From IMG/VR virus record IMGVR_UViG_3300043464_001679, positions 14,840-78,839 of that record: 64,000 bases of DNA. The stretch is one strand, 5' to 3'. A program made the translations under genes and the position numbers. The notes beneath the pieces were generated by a model that did not search any database, was not told where the DNA came from, and saw only the letters and a list, made by a program, of their open reading frames with translations. Every line of letters begins with the position of its first letter. The first letter of the stretch is position 1. Positions 30,512 through 40,167 of this stretch are shown piece by piece. The DNA is from a virus.

Positions 30512-31336
30512 ATGACTGAAAATAAAAAAATACGTTTTATTTATCATTGTGCTGATTTACACATCAGACTTTATAAAAGACACGATGAATACCGTGAACA
30601 ATTTCAAAAGTTCTTTGATTCAGTTAAAGAACATATGGAAGAAAACAACCTTAACAGAGAAGAGGTTAGGATTGTTATTGCTGGTGATGTGGTACACTCT
30701 AAGAATCAATTAACACCTGAATTGGTGGATTTAACAACATGGTTCTTTAAGAATTGTTGTGACATTTGTGATACCATAGTTATTTTGGGTAACCACGATT
30801 TCTTAGCTAATAACTTAGATAGAATGGATGCTCTAACACCCATCATTGAAACGATGAATGATAATAGACTTAAGTTTTTAAAACACACAGGATGTTTTGA
30901 GGATAAGAATATTGTTTGGTGTTTATATGGCCATATGGAAGGTTCACAGAGACCTGAAATAGAGAAGGCCAAAGAAGAGTTTGGTGACAAAACATACGTT
31001 GGTTTATATCACGACCCTTTGATTGGTTTAAAGACAAATGTGGGGTTTGAATTTGAGGACGGACAGGACATTTCTATTTTTGATGGTTGTGACTTTGTTT
31101 GTTGTGGAGATATTCACTTATATCAGGTAATGAATTATCATGGAATTACTATCGTACAACCATCATCAATGATACAACAAGATTTTGGTGAGTCTGTAGA
31201 TAAACATGGGTTTGTTATATGGGATGTAGAAAGTAAAAAACACAAACACATACATTTAGAATCTGATTACGGGTTCTACACATTTAAAATAAGTTCAATA
31301 GAAGATATTGAATCAGAATTAGAAAGATTAGTTTAA
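30512..31336 (+). CDS. SbcD/Mre11-like metallophosphoesterase nuclease
   Basis: ADLH, AGD, GNHD, GDIH motifs. Confidence 0.85.
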   Translation: MTENKKIRFIYHCADLHIRLYKRHDEYREQFQKFFDSVKEHMEENNLNREEVRIVIAGDVVHSKNQLTPELVDLTTWFFKNCCDICDTIVILGNHDFLANNLDRMDALTPIIETMNDNRLKFLKHTGCFEDKNIVWCLYGHMEGSQRPEIEKAKEEFGDKTYVGLYHDPLIGLKTNVGFEFEDGQDISIFDGCDFVCCGDIHLYQVMNYHGITIVQPSSMIQQDFGESVDKHGFVIWDVESKKHKHIHLESDYGFYTFKISSIEDIESELERLV

Positions 31337-31524
31337 TGGAACCAATAAAAAAATTAAAAAAACACCATGTAACAAAGGTTAAATATGATGAATCTTTATG
31401 GCAGGAATTAAGTAATCTTTTTGAATCTAATAATACGAGGAATAGGGGTTTTATTAACTGGATTATCACATCACCAGAATTAGCAAAAATTATAAATAAT
31501 ATGGATAATGAAAATAGGGGATAA
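31336..31524 (+). CDS. Hypothetical protein
   Basis: 62 aa, coupled. Confidence 0.5.
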   Translation: MEPIKKLKKHHVTKVKYDESLWQELSNLFESNNTRNRGFINWIITSPELAKIINNMDNENRG

Positions 31525-31732
31525 AGTAAAATTTGAGGATAATTTTTCTGATACTATGTATGGAATCATAGTCGGTAAAGAAGTACCTAGATGTAAATGT
31601 AAGGGTATGGGAAAATGGGTTATCGATTTTAATGGAGAAACAAAGTATATAAAAATAGGTGACATTAGATTAAGTCACCATAATATGGAACCAAGTAAAA
31701 GTTCTTTAGGTTTTAATTTCAGTAATGGCTAA
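31508..31732 (+). CDS. Small SH3/KOW-like hypothetical protein
   Basis: MKIGDKVKF start. Confidence 0.5.
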   Translation: MKIGDKVKFEDNFSDTMYGIIVGKEVPRCKCKGMGKWVIDFNGETKYIKIGDIRLSHHNMEPSKSSLGFNFSNG

Positions 31733-32132
31733 AAAATATCCTGATAATATTGTCTTTAACGAAGAAACAGATAAGTTTGACGCTAATTTAAAACATTACC
31801 CTACAACTGTGGGGTCACAAAAATTTGAAATTTTACAAATTGATAAATCTGATGCTTTAAAAGCTGATAAATACTTTAATAAAAGGTTGGAGGAGTTAAA
31901 AGAAGAGTACAATAAATTAATAAATGAGTACGAAACAACAAAATTATTATATAGTACGAGTTACGGATTTCAACCAATATTAGGGCATTTATACCACATT
32001 TATAGGGGTAAAGATGGGAATACTTTTCTTAGTTTAATTAATCCTAATGAGTGGAATAAAGAATATTTAGGTTCCTACAGACTAAATACTAACGGTACAT
32101 GGGAAAATATTAATGTTAATTTAAAAATATAA
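31725..32132 (+). CDS. DUF2452-like protein
   Basis: FQPILGHLYHIY...FLSLINPNEW. Confidence 0.65.
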   Translation: MAKKYPDNIVFNEETDKFDANLKHYPTTVGSQKFEILQIDKSDALKADKYFNKRLEELKEEYNKLINEYETTKLLYSTSYGFQPILGHLYHIYRGKDGNTFLSLINPNEWNKEYLGSYRLNTNGTWENINVNLKI

Positions 32133-32136
32133 ATAA

Positions 32137-32736
32137 ATGAATCGTAATTTAACCTTACAAGAAAAAAAAGAAAAACTACTATCAAATTCTTTCCATACTT
32201 TAAATCAAAACATAACTAGTGGTAATCAACAAATTAGTCGTGATAGATATGAGGGTTTTAGGGAAGATATTACAGCTTTAATGGAATACTTTGAACACCA
32301 TAGAGTTTACGTTGTAGATCTTCCAGCTAATATAATACCACACCCTGAAAACAGAAGAAGAAGAGTAGACCCTGAATTAGCTAACACCCCAACAACAAAA
32401 ACTTTAGTAGTAAACTCATGGCGCTTTGATAACTTATATCTATTAACAGAAAAGTTCAATCAACTTTTAGATGAAAATAAAGAAATATTTGTTTATGTTA
32501 TAGAGACGGTACAATTTTATGATCCTATGAATTTTGAACCAACCTATAGATATATGGTTAGGTTTGGAACTATTGATTTAGATTATTGGTATAATCCTGA
32601 GTATAGAGAAGAAATAAATGAACCTGTACAACCTGAACAATATTTTGAGAGATATACTAGAAATAGGACTGAAAATAATTTAGAAGAAAATAAACCGATG
32701 TCTGTGGGTAAAAGTATTTTAAAACATAAATTTTAA
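32137..32736 (+). CDS. Hypothetical protein
   Basis: 199-aa ORF. Confidence 0.6.
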   Translation: MNRNLTLQEKKEKLLSNSFHTLNQNITSGNQQISRDRYEGFREDITALMEYFEHHRVYVVDLPANIIPHPENRRRRVDPELANTPTTKTLVVNSWRFDNLYLLTEKFNQLLDENKEIFVYVIETVQFYDPMNFEPTYRYMVRFGTIDLDYWYNPEYREEINEPVQPEQYFERYTRNRTENNLEENKPMSVGKSILKHKF

Positions 32737-32742
32737 ATAAGA

Positions 32743-34113
32743 ATGGAGTTAATTATTAAAAACATAGAGCCAATAAACGAAGAACAAAAAAGAGTTATTA
32801 AAGAAGTTAGAAATTTCATTAATAACGGTGATCCAAATGATTGGTTTGTTTTAGAAGGAAAAGCAGGAACGGGTAAAACAACTATAATTACCAAAGTCAT
32901 CGAACCTTATATCAATAAAAAAAGAATTGAGGTTTCAGCTTTATCTCATAAAGCTAAAAAAGTTTTATGGAATAAGGTTATTGATGTTTATGGTGAGGAA
33001 AATATTGGTTTAAGTTCTAGGAGTGTTTCTTCCATGTTAGGAATGACTTTAGATATGGAAAGTGGTAAATTTACTAAAATCTTTAGCAAAAAGAAACCAC
33101 CTATTAGATGGGACGATATTATTATTGTTGATGAAGCATCAATGATTAATGAGGAGGGTTTAAAACTAATAATGGAATTAAAAAAACCTAAAGCCAAAGT
33201 TATTTTTATTGGTGATGTAGGTCAGTTACCACCGATAAGGGAAGATGGTGATGAAAATGTTGGTAAAATAAGCCCCGTTTTTAATACCATGAATAAAATA
33301 ACTTTATTAAATAGGGTTAGACAAAGTTCCGATAGTAATATATTACCATACTCTGATTTTTATTGGGATAATTCAGTTAAAAATGATGGTATAGATGAAG
33401 ACCCGATACCACTAAATAAAAGAAAAAGTTGTGAACAAATGGTTTTTTCTGATAATTTAGAAGAAGTTTTATCAGAAAATGTTGATTTATTTTTGGAATC
33501 AATACAAAATAAAAATACTGATTTAGTTAAAGTTATTGTTTATAGAAATAACACAAAAAAAGCTATTAACTGGTACATTAGAAATTTATTATTTGGTCAA
33601 CCTAAAGAATATGAGTTAGGTGAAATTATTATTTTTAACGATAATTATATTGTAGACGATATTGATGAAGATATAATAGAAAATTCATCAGAATGGAATA
33701 TAGTTCAAATTACAGAAAAAGTTTTTTATAAAAAATATAAAGGTTATACTTTAGTTCTTACTGATGAACAAAATACTTACAATGTTGATGTTATCAGCAG
33801 TGAAAGTATTAATGATTGGAATAAACATGTTTCAGATTTATTTACAAAAGCTAAAAAAGAACCTTTTGGTAAGTCTAGAAAATTAGCCTTAATGAAGGCA
33901 TGGGAGGCAAAGAAAAGATTTGCTGATATTGATTATGCGTATACAATAACATCACATAAATCACAAGGTTCAACCTATAAAAATGTTATTGTTGTTGAAG
34001 ATGATATTTTGGAAGTGGCTATGATAGGTAATATTGAAAAATCACAATCTTTGTATGTCGCGATAACTAGAGCATCAGATAAAGTTTATATTGTGTCAGG
34101 ATTGAATAGTTAA
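32743..34113 (+). CDS. Dda/RecD-like SF1B DNA helicase
   Basis: GKAGTGKT, DEASM, GDVGQLPP, TSHKSQGST, YVAITRA. Confidence 0.9.
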   Translation: MELIIKNIEPINEEQKRVIKEVRNFINNGDPNDWFVLEGKAGTGKTTIITKVIEPYINKKRIEVSALSHKAKKVLWNKVIDVYGEENIGLSSRSVSSMLGMTLDMESGKFTKIFSKKKPPIRWDDIIIVDEASMINEEGLKLIMELKKPKAKVIFIGDVGQLPPIREDGDENVGKISPVFNTMNKITLLNRVRQSSDSNILPYSDFYWDNSVKNDGIDEDPIPLNKRKSCEQMVFSDNLEEVLSENVDLFLESIQNKNTDLVKVIVYRNNTKKAINWYIRNLLFGQPKEYELGEIIIFNDNYIVDDIDEDIIENSSEWNIVQITEKVFYKKYKGYTLVLTDEQNTYNVDVISSESINDWNKHVSDLFTKAKKEPFGKSRKLALMKAWEAKKRFADIDYAYTITSHKSQGSTYKNVIVVEDDILEVAMIGNIEKSQSLYVAITRASDKVYIVSGLNS

Positions 34114-34114
34114 A

Positions 34115-34858
34115 ATGGAGTTACCTAAAGATTTAAAAGACGAAATATGGGAGTTCTGCCGATTGAATGATATTACTGATTTGAATGCTTTTATGCTTAG
34201 GATGTTGAGACAAGGTTATACAACGGAAAAATATGGACCAACACCATTTAAAATAGGTGGTGAGACTATAAAGGAGGTTGTTGTGGAAAAAATTGTTGAG
34301 GTACCTGTTGAGGTTATTAAGGAAATAGAAAAAATTGTTGAAGTACCTGTTGAAGTTATTAAGGAAATAGAAAAAATTGTTGAGGTTATTAAAGAGGTTC
34401 CTGTTGATAGACTAGTAGAAATTATTAAAGAGGTTCCTGTTGAGGTGATAAAAGAGGTAATTGTAGAAAAAACAAGTGGAGAACAAGAAAAATGGGTGGA
34501 AAAGGAGGTAATTGTTGAAAAACGAGTGGAAATACCTGTTGAAGTCATCAAAGAGGTCGAAAAAATTGTTGAGGTACCTGTTGAAGTTATAAAGGAAGTT
34601 TTTATTGAAAAAGAGGTTGTAAAAGAAGTCCTCGTTGAAATAGAAAAAATTGTTGAGGTACCCATTAAAAACGATGAACAGGTTAAAAAATTAGAACAGC
34701 AAATCCAAAACCTTAAAATAGAGTTAGAACTAGAACAAAATAGGAATTATCAACCAGTGAAATTAGAAAAACCAAAAGAAGAAAAAAATAAAAATATGTT
34801 AGGTAGTATTATTAATTGGGTTTCTAAGGGTGAAAGAGATGATTTATATGGTGAATAA
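34115..34858 (+). CDS. V/E/K/P low-complexity repeat protein
   Basis: Repeated EKIVEVPVEVIKE units. Confidence 0.75.
   Translation: MELPKDLKDEIWEFCRLNDITDLNAFMLRMLRQGYTTEKYGPTPFKIGGETIKEVVVEKIVEVPVEVIKEIEKIVEVPVEVIKEIEKIVEVIKEVPVDRLVEIIKEVPVEVIKEVIVEKTSGEQEKWVEKEVIVEKRVEIPVEVIKEVEKIVEVPVEVIKEVFIEKEVVKEVLVEIEKIVEVPIKNDEQVKKLEQQIQNLKIELELEQNRNYQPVKLEKPKEEKNKNMLGSIINWVSKGERDDLYGE
34270..34665 (+). repeat. Degenerate tandem coding repeat (EKIVEVPVEVIKE)
   Basis: gaaaaaattgttgaggtacctgttgaggttattaaggaa recurs with variation. Confidence 0.8.
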
Positions 34859-34909
34859 CCAACCCTTTATTTAATCAAAAATTTTAATTATCTTTTATAA
34901 AAAATAAGT

Positions 34910-37288
34910 ATGAACGACTTAGTTAAAGAAGTAAAAAATATTGTGCCTGAAAAGGCGAAAGTTCGTGTTATATGGGAAGATTTACCCGAAAATTACACAC
35001 AAGAAAGATCAAAAAGAATTGTTAAATACATAACCGAAAAATACGGTAACCCAAATGTACAGGTTATCTTTAAACCTAAAAAAGTACTTACCGAAGGTGG
35101 TGAAGTAGAAATGACTGTCGCTGATAATGTAATGGATTCTACTTATCAAAGAAAATTATTTAAACAATGGGTTACAGATAATAAAGTTGATGTAGATTGG
35201 GATAGATTATTACGTTTAGACGATAAGGTTAATGAAAAATTATCTCAACAAAGAGAAACAGATTATAGATATAGAAATTGGTATATTAAAGAGTTAGAGT
35301 GGTCTAATTTTCTTTCTTATGGTGATGGTAATAAAATATCTTTTAAAGAGTTAGAGGGTATCACTGTTATTACATCTGACCCACTTAACATGGGTGGTAA
35401 AACTACTTTAGCTTTAGATTTACTTTTGTTCTTATTTTTTAACACAACAACAAAAGGTAGTACAGCTATTAAAATGTTTAATCTTTTTAGAGAGGATTGT
35501 AATGAAGTTTCAGTTAAAGGTAAAGTGGCTATTGATGGTGTTGATTATATTATTGAAAGAACTGTAGTACGTAAGGCTAAAAGAACTGGTGATGATTATA
35601 CCACAAGAACTGATTTGTCTTTTTATAGAATATTACCTGATGGAAGTATAGAAAATTTAGAAGGTGAACAAAGACGAGAAACGGAGGAGTTTATTAAAAA
35701 ATCGGTTGGTTCTGTGAATGATTTCTTATTAACAATAATTGCTGATGCTGACAATCTTGAGGACATCATTCATACCAAACCAACCGAAAAAGGTAGAATT
35801 CTATCTAGATTCATTGGTTTGGAGATAATTGAAGATAAAGAAACCATAGTAAAGGAGATGAAATCTAATTGGTCAAAGGGTCTTAAATCAGATATTTATA
35901 ACATAACAGATTTATCTTCTGAAATAGAAAATCTAAAAGACACCAATATTAAAAATGAGTCTGATATTGAAGAAAATAAAAGTGATATAAAAGTTTTAGA
36001 AGAATCAATTCAATCAGCTACTAATAAAAAAGAAGATTTAATTTCTAGAAAAATAGAAATAGATTCAGAAGTTATTAATTTAAGGCCTGAAGATATTGAT
36101 AGGGAAATAGAAGATATTTTAGAGAAGGGTAAGAAAAAGAAGGCTGAATATGAAGATGCCAATTCTATTTTTAAAGAAATGGTGGAACCTGTTTATGATG
36201 AAGATTTACACAAAGAATATGTTAAACAAGAAAGAGAATTAACTTTAGAAGTTGAAAGGGTAAAATCTAAAATTAAAGAAACACAAGGAAGAATTAAAAA
36301 TCTAGAAGAAGGTGAGTTTTGTTCACTTTGTAAACAACCCTTAGTTGATGTTGACCATTCTGAAGAAATTGAAGAGAATAAAAATTTATTAAATAAGTTA
36401 GGTTCAGACTTGCTTTCTTTAGGTGAAAAGTTGGTAGAAATTAGTACTTTAGTAAAAGAACAAGATACAATTAAATCATCTGTTTCTGAATACGATAGGT
36501 CTTCATTAAAAGTGGATAAATTAAGTTTAGATTTGGAAAAATTTAAACTAGAGTTAAAGGAGAAAAAAGATTTAAAACAAAAATACGAGTCTAATCTAGA
36601 CAATATCCAAAAGAACAAAGATTTGGATAGTAAAATTTTGGGTTATAATTCTAAAATAGGTAACCTACAATTAGAAAAAACTGAAAAAATAAAATTAGGT
36701 GAAAGATTATCTTCCGAGATTGAAAGTAATAAAATAAAAATAGCTAAAAACGAAGAATATATTAAAACGATTAAATCAGAGGAAGAAATTAAATTAATTT
36801 TTGATATCTACGCTAGGATGGTTGGTAAAAATGGTATTCTAAAGATGATAATGAAAAGTGTTATGCCTTTGATTAATTCTGAATTAGATAGATTATTGAT
36901 TGATACAGCACCATTTAAACTTGAGGTCGATATAAATGATAAGAAAGAGGTTGAGTTCTTAATAATAAAAGAAAATGAAAATGGTGAAACAATAAAGTAT
37001 CCTGTTAACGAGGGTAGTGGTTTTGAAAAAACTGTTGCGTCATTAGCATTACGTTGTGTTATGTCTAAAGTTAGCTGTCTACCAAAACCTAATATAATCG
37101 TTTTTGATGAAATTTTGGGAAAAGTGGCTAATACAAATTTAGAGTTGATAGGTAATTTCTTTCAAAAATGTGCAGAAATGTTCCCTAATATTTTTATTAT
37201 AACACATAATGAAATCGTTAGGGATTGGGCAAATAAAATCATTACTATTAAAAAGAAAAATAATATTTCATCTTTAACGGTACAATAA
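34910..37288 (+). CDS. SbcC/Rad50-like ATPase
   Basis: NFLSYG, NMGGKTT (variant Walker A), CSLC zinc hook, coiled coil, SGFE, FDE, ITH. Confidence 0.9.
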   Translation: MNDLVKEVKNIVPEKAKVRVIWEDLPENYTQERSKRIVKYITEKYGNPNVQVIFKPKKVLTEGGEVEMTVADNVMDSTYQRKLFKQWVTDNKVDVDWDRLLRLDDKVNEKLSQQRETDYRYRNWYIKELEWSNFLSYGDGNKISFKELEGITVITSDPLNMGGKTTLALDLLLFLFFNTTTKGSTAIKMFNLFREDCNEVSVKGKVAIDGVDYIIERTVVRKAKRTGDDYTTRTDLSFYRILPDGSIENLEGEQRRETEEFIKKSVGSVNDFLLTIIADADNLEDIIHTKPTEKGRILSRFIGLEIIEDKETIVKEMKSNWSKGLKSDIYNITDLSSEIENLKDTNIKNESDIEENKSDIKVLEESIQSATNKKEDLISRKIEIDSEVINLRPEDIDREIEDILEKGKKKKAEYEDANSIFKEMVEPVYDEDLHKEYVKQERELTLEVERVKSKIKETQGRIKNLEEGEFCSLCKQPLVDVDHSEEIEENKNLLNKLGSDLLSLGEKLVEISTLVKEQDTIKSSVSEYDRSSLKVDKLSLDLEKFKLELKEKKDLKQKYESNLDNIQKNKDLDSKILGYNSKIGNLQLEKTEKIKLGERLSSEIESNKIKIAKNEEYIKTIKSEEEIKLIFDIYARMVGKNGILKMIMKSVMPLINSELDRLLIDTAPFKLEVDINDKKEVEFLIIKENENGETIKYPVNEGSGFEKTVASLALRCVMSKVSCLPKPNIIVFDEILGKVANTNLELIGNFFQKCAEMFPNIFIITHNEIVRDWANKIITIKKKNNISSLTVQ

Positions 37289-37331
37289 TTTTACATATCT
37301 TTGTACCAAGATATTTATAAATAAAAAGGTT

Positions 37332-37790
37332 ATGGAGAAAAGATATATAATCATTGTCTTTGGATCTTACAGAGGTGTTTACGAAGATTTAAACCATATC
37401 GCTAGTTCTGAAAACGGCGTTAATTATGTAGATGGTAATGGTATTTTTATGGGTACTTTTTATAGTATTTACGATACTAAAGAAATGTATGACCTATTGT
37501 TAAGTATACCAGCATATTTGTTATTTGAAATAACCGATTCAAATACCAGTGTAGTAAACCTACCAACAAAATATTTAAAGGGTTTATTCCCTGAAATAGA
37601 ATCTGTAATAGACGAATTACAAAAAGGACCGTCTATTAAAGAGAAGAAGACTAGAAGAAGAAATAAAAAGTCTGTTGAGGTTGAGGAATATAATACTATT
37701 GATGATATTCTAGATAAACTTAGTAGAAACAATTATGATAGAACTTGTTTAACTGCTGGTGAAATAGAAATATTAGAAAAAGGTTCTTAA
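37332..37790 (+). CDS. Hypothetical protein
   Basis: 152 aa; C-term IDDILDKL...LT..E motif. Confidence 0.6.
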   Translation: MEKRYIIIVFGSYRGVYEDLNHIASSENGVNYVDGNGIFMGTFYSIYDTKEMYDLLLSIPAYLLFEITDSNTSVVNLPTKYLKGLFPEIESVIDELQKGPSIKEKKTRRRNKKSVEVEEYNTIDDILDKLSRNNYDRTCLTAGEIEILEKGS

Positions 37791-37873
37791 TTTGGTTTTT
37801 TATTAATTTTTTATTATATTTGTAAACTTAATTGTTTTTAAGTTAATCATTGACCCACCAAATTAAAAAATTA

Positions 37874-38266
37874 ATGGAATACGCCAAGTACGAAAAAATA
37901 TTAAAAAAAGGGGAAAAAGTAGATTGGTATGGTGTTGAAGTTCCTGAAGAATTATTAACATCTTCAGTTAGATTTGCTTCAGAAAATTTATCCCATGAAT
38001 TAGATAAATTAGAATCTAGTTTAGATGAATTAAAAGGTTCTGATTTAGAAAAAAGAAAAAGTTATATTAAGGTTCTTTTACGTAATTTACAAAATTTACC
38101 ATATGTTTTAAATGGTGATTTTTATTTAAAAAAGAAAAAAAGTATAGAATCTGAAATAGAAGATACTGATAAAAAAATTGTAAAAGAAAAGAAAAAAATT
38201 AGTAAATCTTCAGATAAAAAAGTCGTCAGAACAAAAAATAATGATTTAATCTTTGGTAAAAAATAA
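37874..38266 (+). CDS. Hypothetical Lys-rich protein
   Basis: ATG 37874 downstream of TATATTTG 37815-37822. Confidence 0.55.
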   Translation: MEYAKYEKILKKGEKVDWYGVEVPEELLTSSVRFASENLSHELDKLESSLDELKGSDLEKRKSYIKVLLRNLQNLPYVLNGDFYLKKKKSIESEIEDTDKKIVKEKKKISKSSDKKVVRTKNNDLIFGKK

Positions 38267-38436
38267 ATTATATAAAAAGGTGTTTTAATACATTTTTAAT
38301 TGGTATCTTTGCTTTAAATCTGATACCATCTATAATGACAGAAAATTGGACTAGTTTAATGGTTCGGTCTTGAAAAACTTTAATACAAATACAATTAATT
38401 AATCTAACAAAAGAAGAATAATAAATAAAAAAAAAT

Positions 38437-39252
38437 ATGGTAGGAAACAAACGTTACATTGACACAACAGAAGATTCAATCTCTAACTACTTAAAAGAGG
38501 TTAGAAAAATTAATTTAATAACACCCGAAGAAGAAGTTGAATTGACTAAAAAAATTGCTGAAGGTGATAAAAGATCACTAGACAAATTGGTTAACGCAAA
38601 TCTTAGATTTGTTATCTCAATCGCTAAAGAGTATCAAGGTCAGGGTATTCCTTTAGTAGACCTTATTTCTGAAGGTAATTACGGTTTAATAAAAGCCGCA
38701 ACAAAATTTGACCACACCAAGGGATTCAGATTTATATCTTACGCTGTATGGTGGGTTAAACAATCTATCCTACAATCTTTATGTGAGAACTCACGCACTG
38801 TTAGACTACCAGTTAATATCACAAATCAGTTAACTAAAGTTAAAAAAGAAATCGCTGCTTTTGAACAAGAACATCAGAGAATGCCAATCAACGGTGAAAT
38901 GGATTTATCTGTGTTAAACCATCCTACATGTACTTCATTGAATGAAAAAATAAATGAAGAAGGTGATGAGATTATGGACTTAATTGCTGATAATACATTT
39001 GCTAGACCTGATGATGATTTAATGACAGAAGACATTTTGAAATCAGAACTAGAGAGAACCCTTTCAATATTAAGTGATAGAGAAAGAAAAATTATTGACA
39101 TGTATTTTGGTGTTGATGGTGGCTCTTTAACTCTTGAACAAATTGGTGACGAGTTTGGGTTAACTAAAGAGCGTATTCGTCAGATTAAAGAAAAGGCTTT
39201 AAGAAAACTTAAGAATAATTGTGAAAATTTGTTTGAGTTTATCCATAAATAA
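38437..39252 (+). CDS. RNA polymerase sigma-70 family factor (RpoD/RpoS-like)
   Basis: NLRFVISIAK, DLISEGN, RFISYAVWW, TLEQIG..LTKERIRQI. Confidence 0.92.
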   Translation: MVGNKRYIDTTEDSISNYLKEVRKINLITPEEEVELTKKIAEGDKRSLDKLVNANLRFVISIAKEYQGQGIPLVDLISEGNYGLIKAATKFDHTKGFRFISYAVWWVKQSILQSLCENSRTVRLPVNITNQLTKVKKEIAAFEQEHQRMPINGEMDLSVLNHPTCTSLNEKINEEGDEIMDLIADNTFARPDDDLMTEDILKSELERTLSILSDRERKIIDMYFGVDGGSLTLEQIGDEFGLTKERIRQIKEKALRKLKNNCENLFEFIHK

Positions 39253-39276
39253 TATTGCCAATCAAAATAGAAACTT

Positions 39277-39284
39277 TATATTTG
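39277..39284 (+). promoter_or_regulatory. Bacteroidota-type -7 element
   Basis: TATATTTG with TTG about 20 nt upstream. Confidence 0.55.
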
Positions 39285-39340
39285 TATTATAGATAAGGAA
39301 ATAAATTAAATGTTCTTCTTGTCAGAATACATTAAGAACA

Positions 39341-39368
39341 GCCACGGTCAGAACACCGTGGTTTTTTT
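39341..39368 (+). terminator. Intrinsic terminator
   Basis: GCCACGGT-CAGAAC-ACCGTGGT plus T run, between convergent genes. Confidence 0.8.
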
Positions 39369-39762
39369 ATGGTACAAATATTTGTAATTGTCCAGAACTT
39401 ACAGTAAAATCAGATTTCTTCATCACTGTAATAGTCACCAAATTCCAATGAGTAGTATCTAATTTTTCGGGGTTAATAACAACATTTAAATAATCACCAC
39501 CATCCCTAGATATAATAAATCTTCTATTATGTCTAATTTCTCCGTCTATGATACTATAAACTATCTCTTCTTTAGCATCGTTAAGTAACTTAACAATATC
39601 AATGTCATATATTTTTTCACCACTACCATGTCTCCATTTTCTTTGAGCTGTATGACCACCAGAATCATGATGTAAATCAAACGTGAAAGTAATTTCACTA
39701 TTTAATTGATGAAATTTTTCTTCCCTCAATATAGACTCTTTTATAATTCTTTTAACATTCAC
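39367..39762 (-). CDS. Hypothetical protein with N-terminal IIKESILREE motif
   Basis: 131 aa, GTG start, ATATTTAT upstream on the - strand. Confidence 0.7.
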   Translation of the reverse strand: MNVKRIIKESILREEKFHQLNSEITFTFDLHHDSGGHTAQRKWRHGSGEKIYDIDIVKLLNDAKEEIVYSIIDGEIRHNRRFIISRDGGDYLNVVINPEKLDTTHWNLVTITVMKKSDFTVSSGQLQIFVP

Positions 39763-39766
39763 ATAT

Positions 39767-39780
39767 TATAAATATTTATA
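39767..39780. promoter_or_regulatory. Palindromic divergent phage promoter candidate
   Basis: TATAAATATTTATA carries ATATTTAT on both strands between divergent genes. Confidence 0.45.
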
Positions 39781-39837
39781 TAAAGATAAATGGTATACTT
39801 TTACCTATAAATTAATTAAAATTAAAAAAAAAATATT

Positions 39838-40167
39838 ATGAAAAATTTTATAGAATTTATTAAAAAATATAAGATACATATCTTATCATCTCTTTTATTT
39901 ATCTTCTTTTTTCGTTCTTGCGTTAATTCTGGACAAGTTAGAAAATTGGAAAAAGTAGAAACAGAAAATAATAAAACTATTGACAGTCTTAATTTTTTAA
40001 TCAAAGGACAACAGGATACTATTAATAATATATCTGAGGTTATCAGATTAGAGAAAATTAAGGTTCACACAGAATACGATAATTATATTTCTGAAAGGGA
40101 TAGAGGTGAACAATTAATGGAATTGCATAAGATAGTTAAACAAAATCTTAAAGAACTTCAAAAATGA
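39838..40167 (+). CDS. Membrane-anchored coiled-coil protein (spanin-like candidate)
   Basis: N-terminal TM ending FFRSC, then coiled coil. Confidence 0.5.
   Translation: MKNFIEFIKKYKIHILSSLLFIFFFRSCVNSGQVRKLEKVETENNKTIDSLNFLIKGQQDTINNISEVIRLEKIKVHTEYDNYISERDRGEQLMELHKIVKQNLKELQK

Noticed and set aside
38268-38450. 60-aa minus-strand ORF upstream of sigma
   Set aside because: TTG start overlaps the sigma gene and the region holds a + strand promoter element (38304); no supporting evidence.
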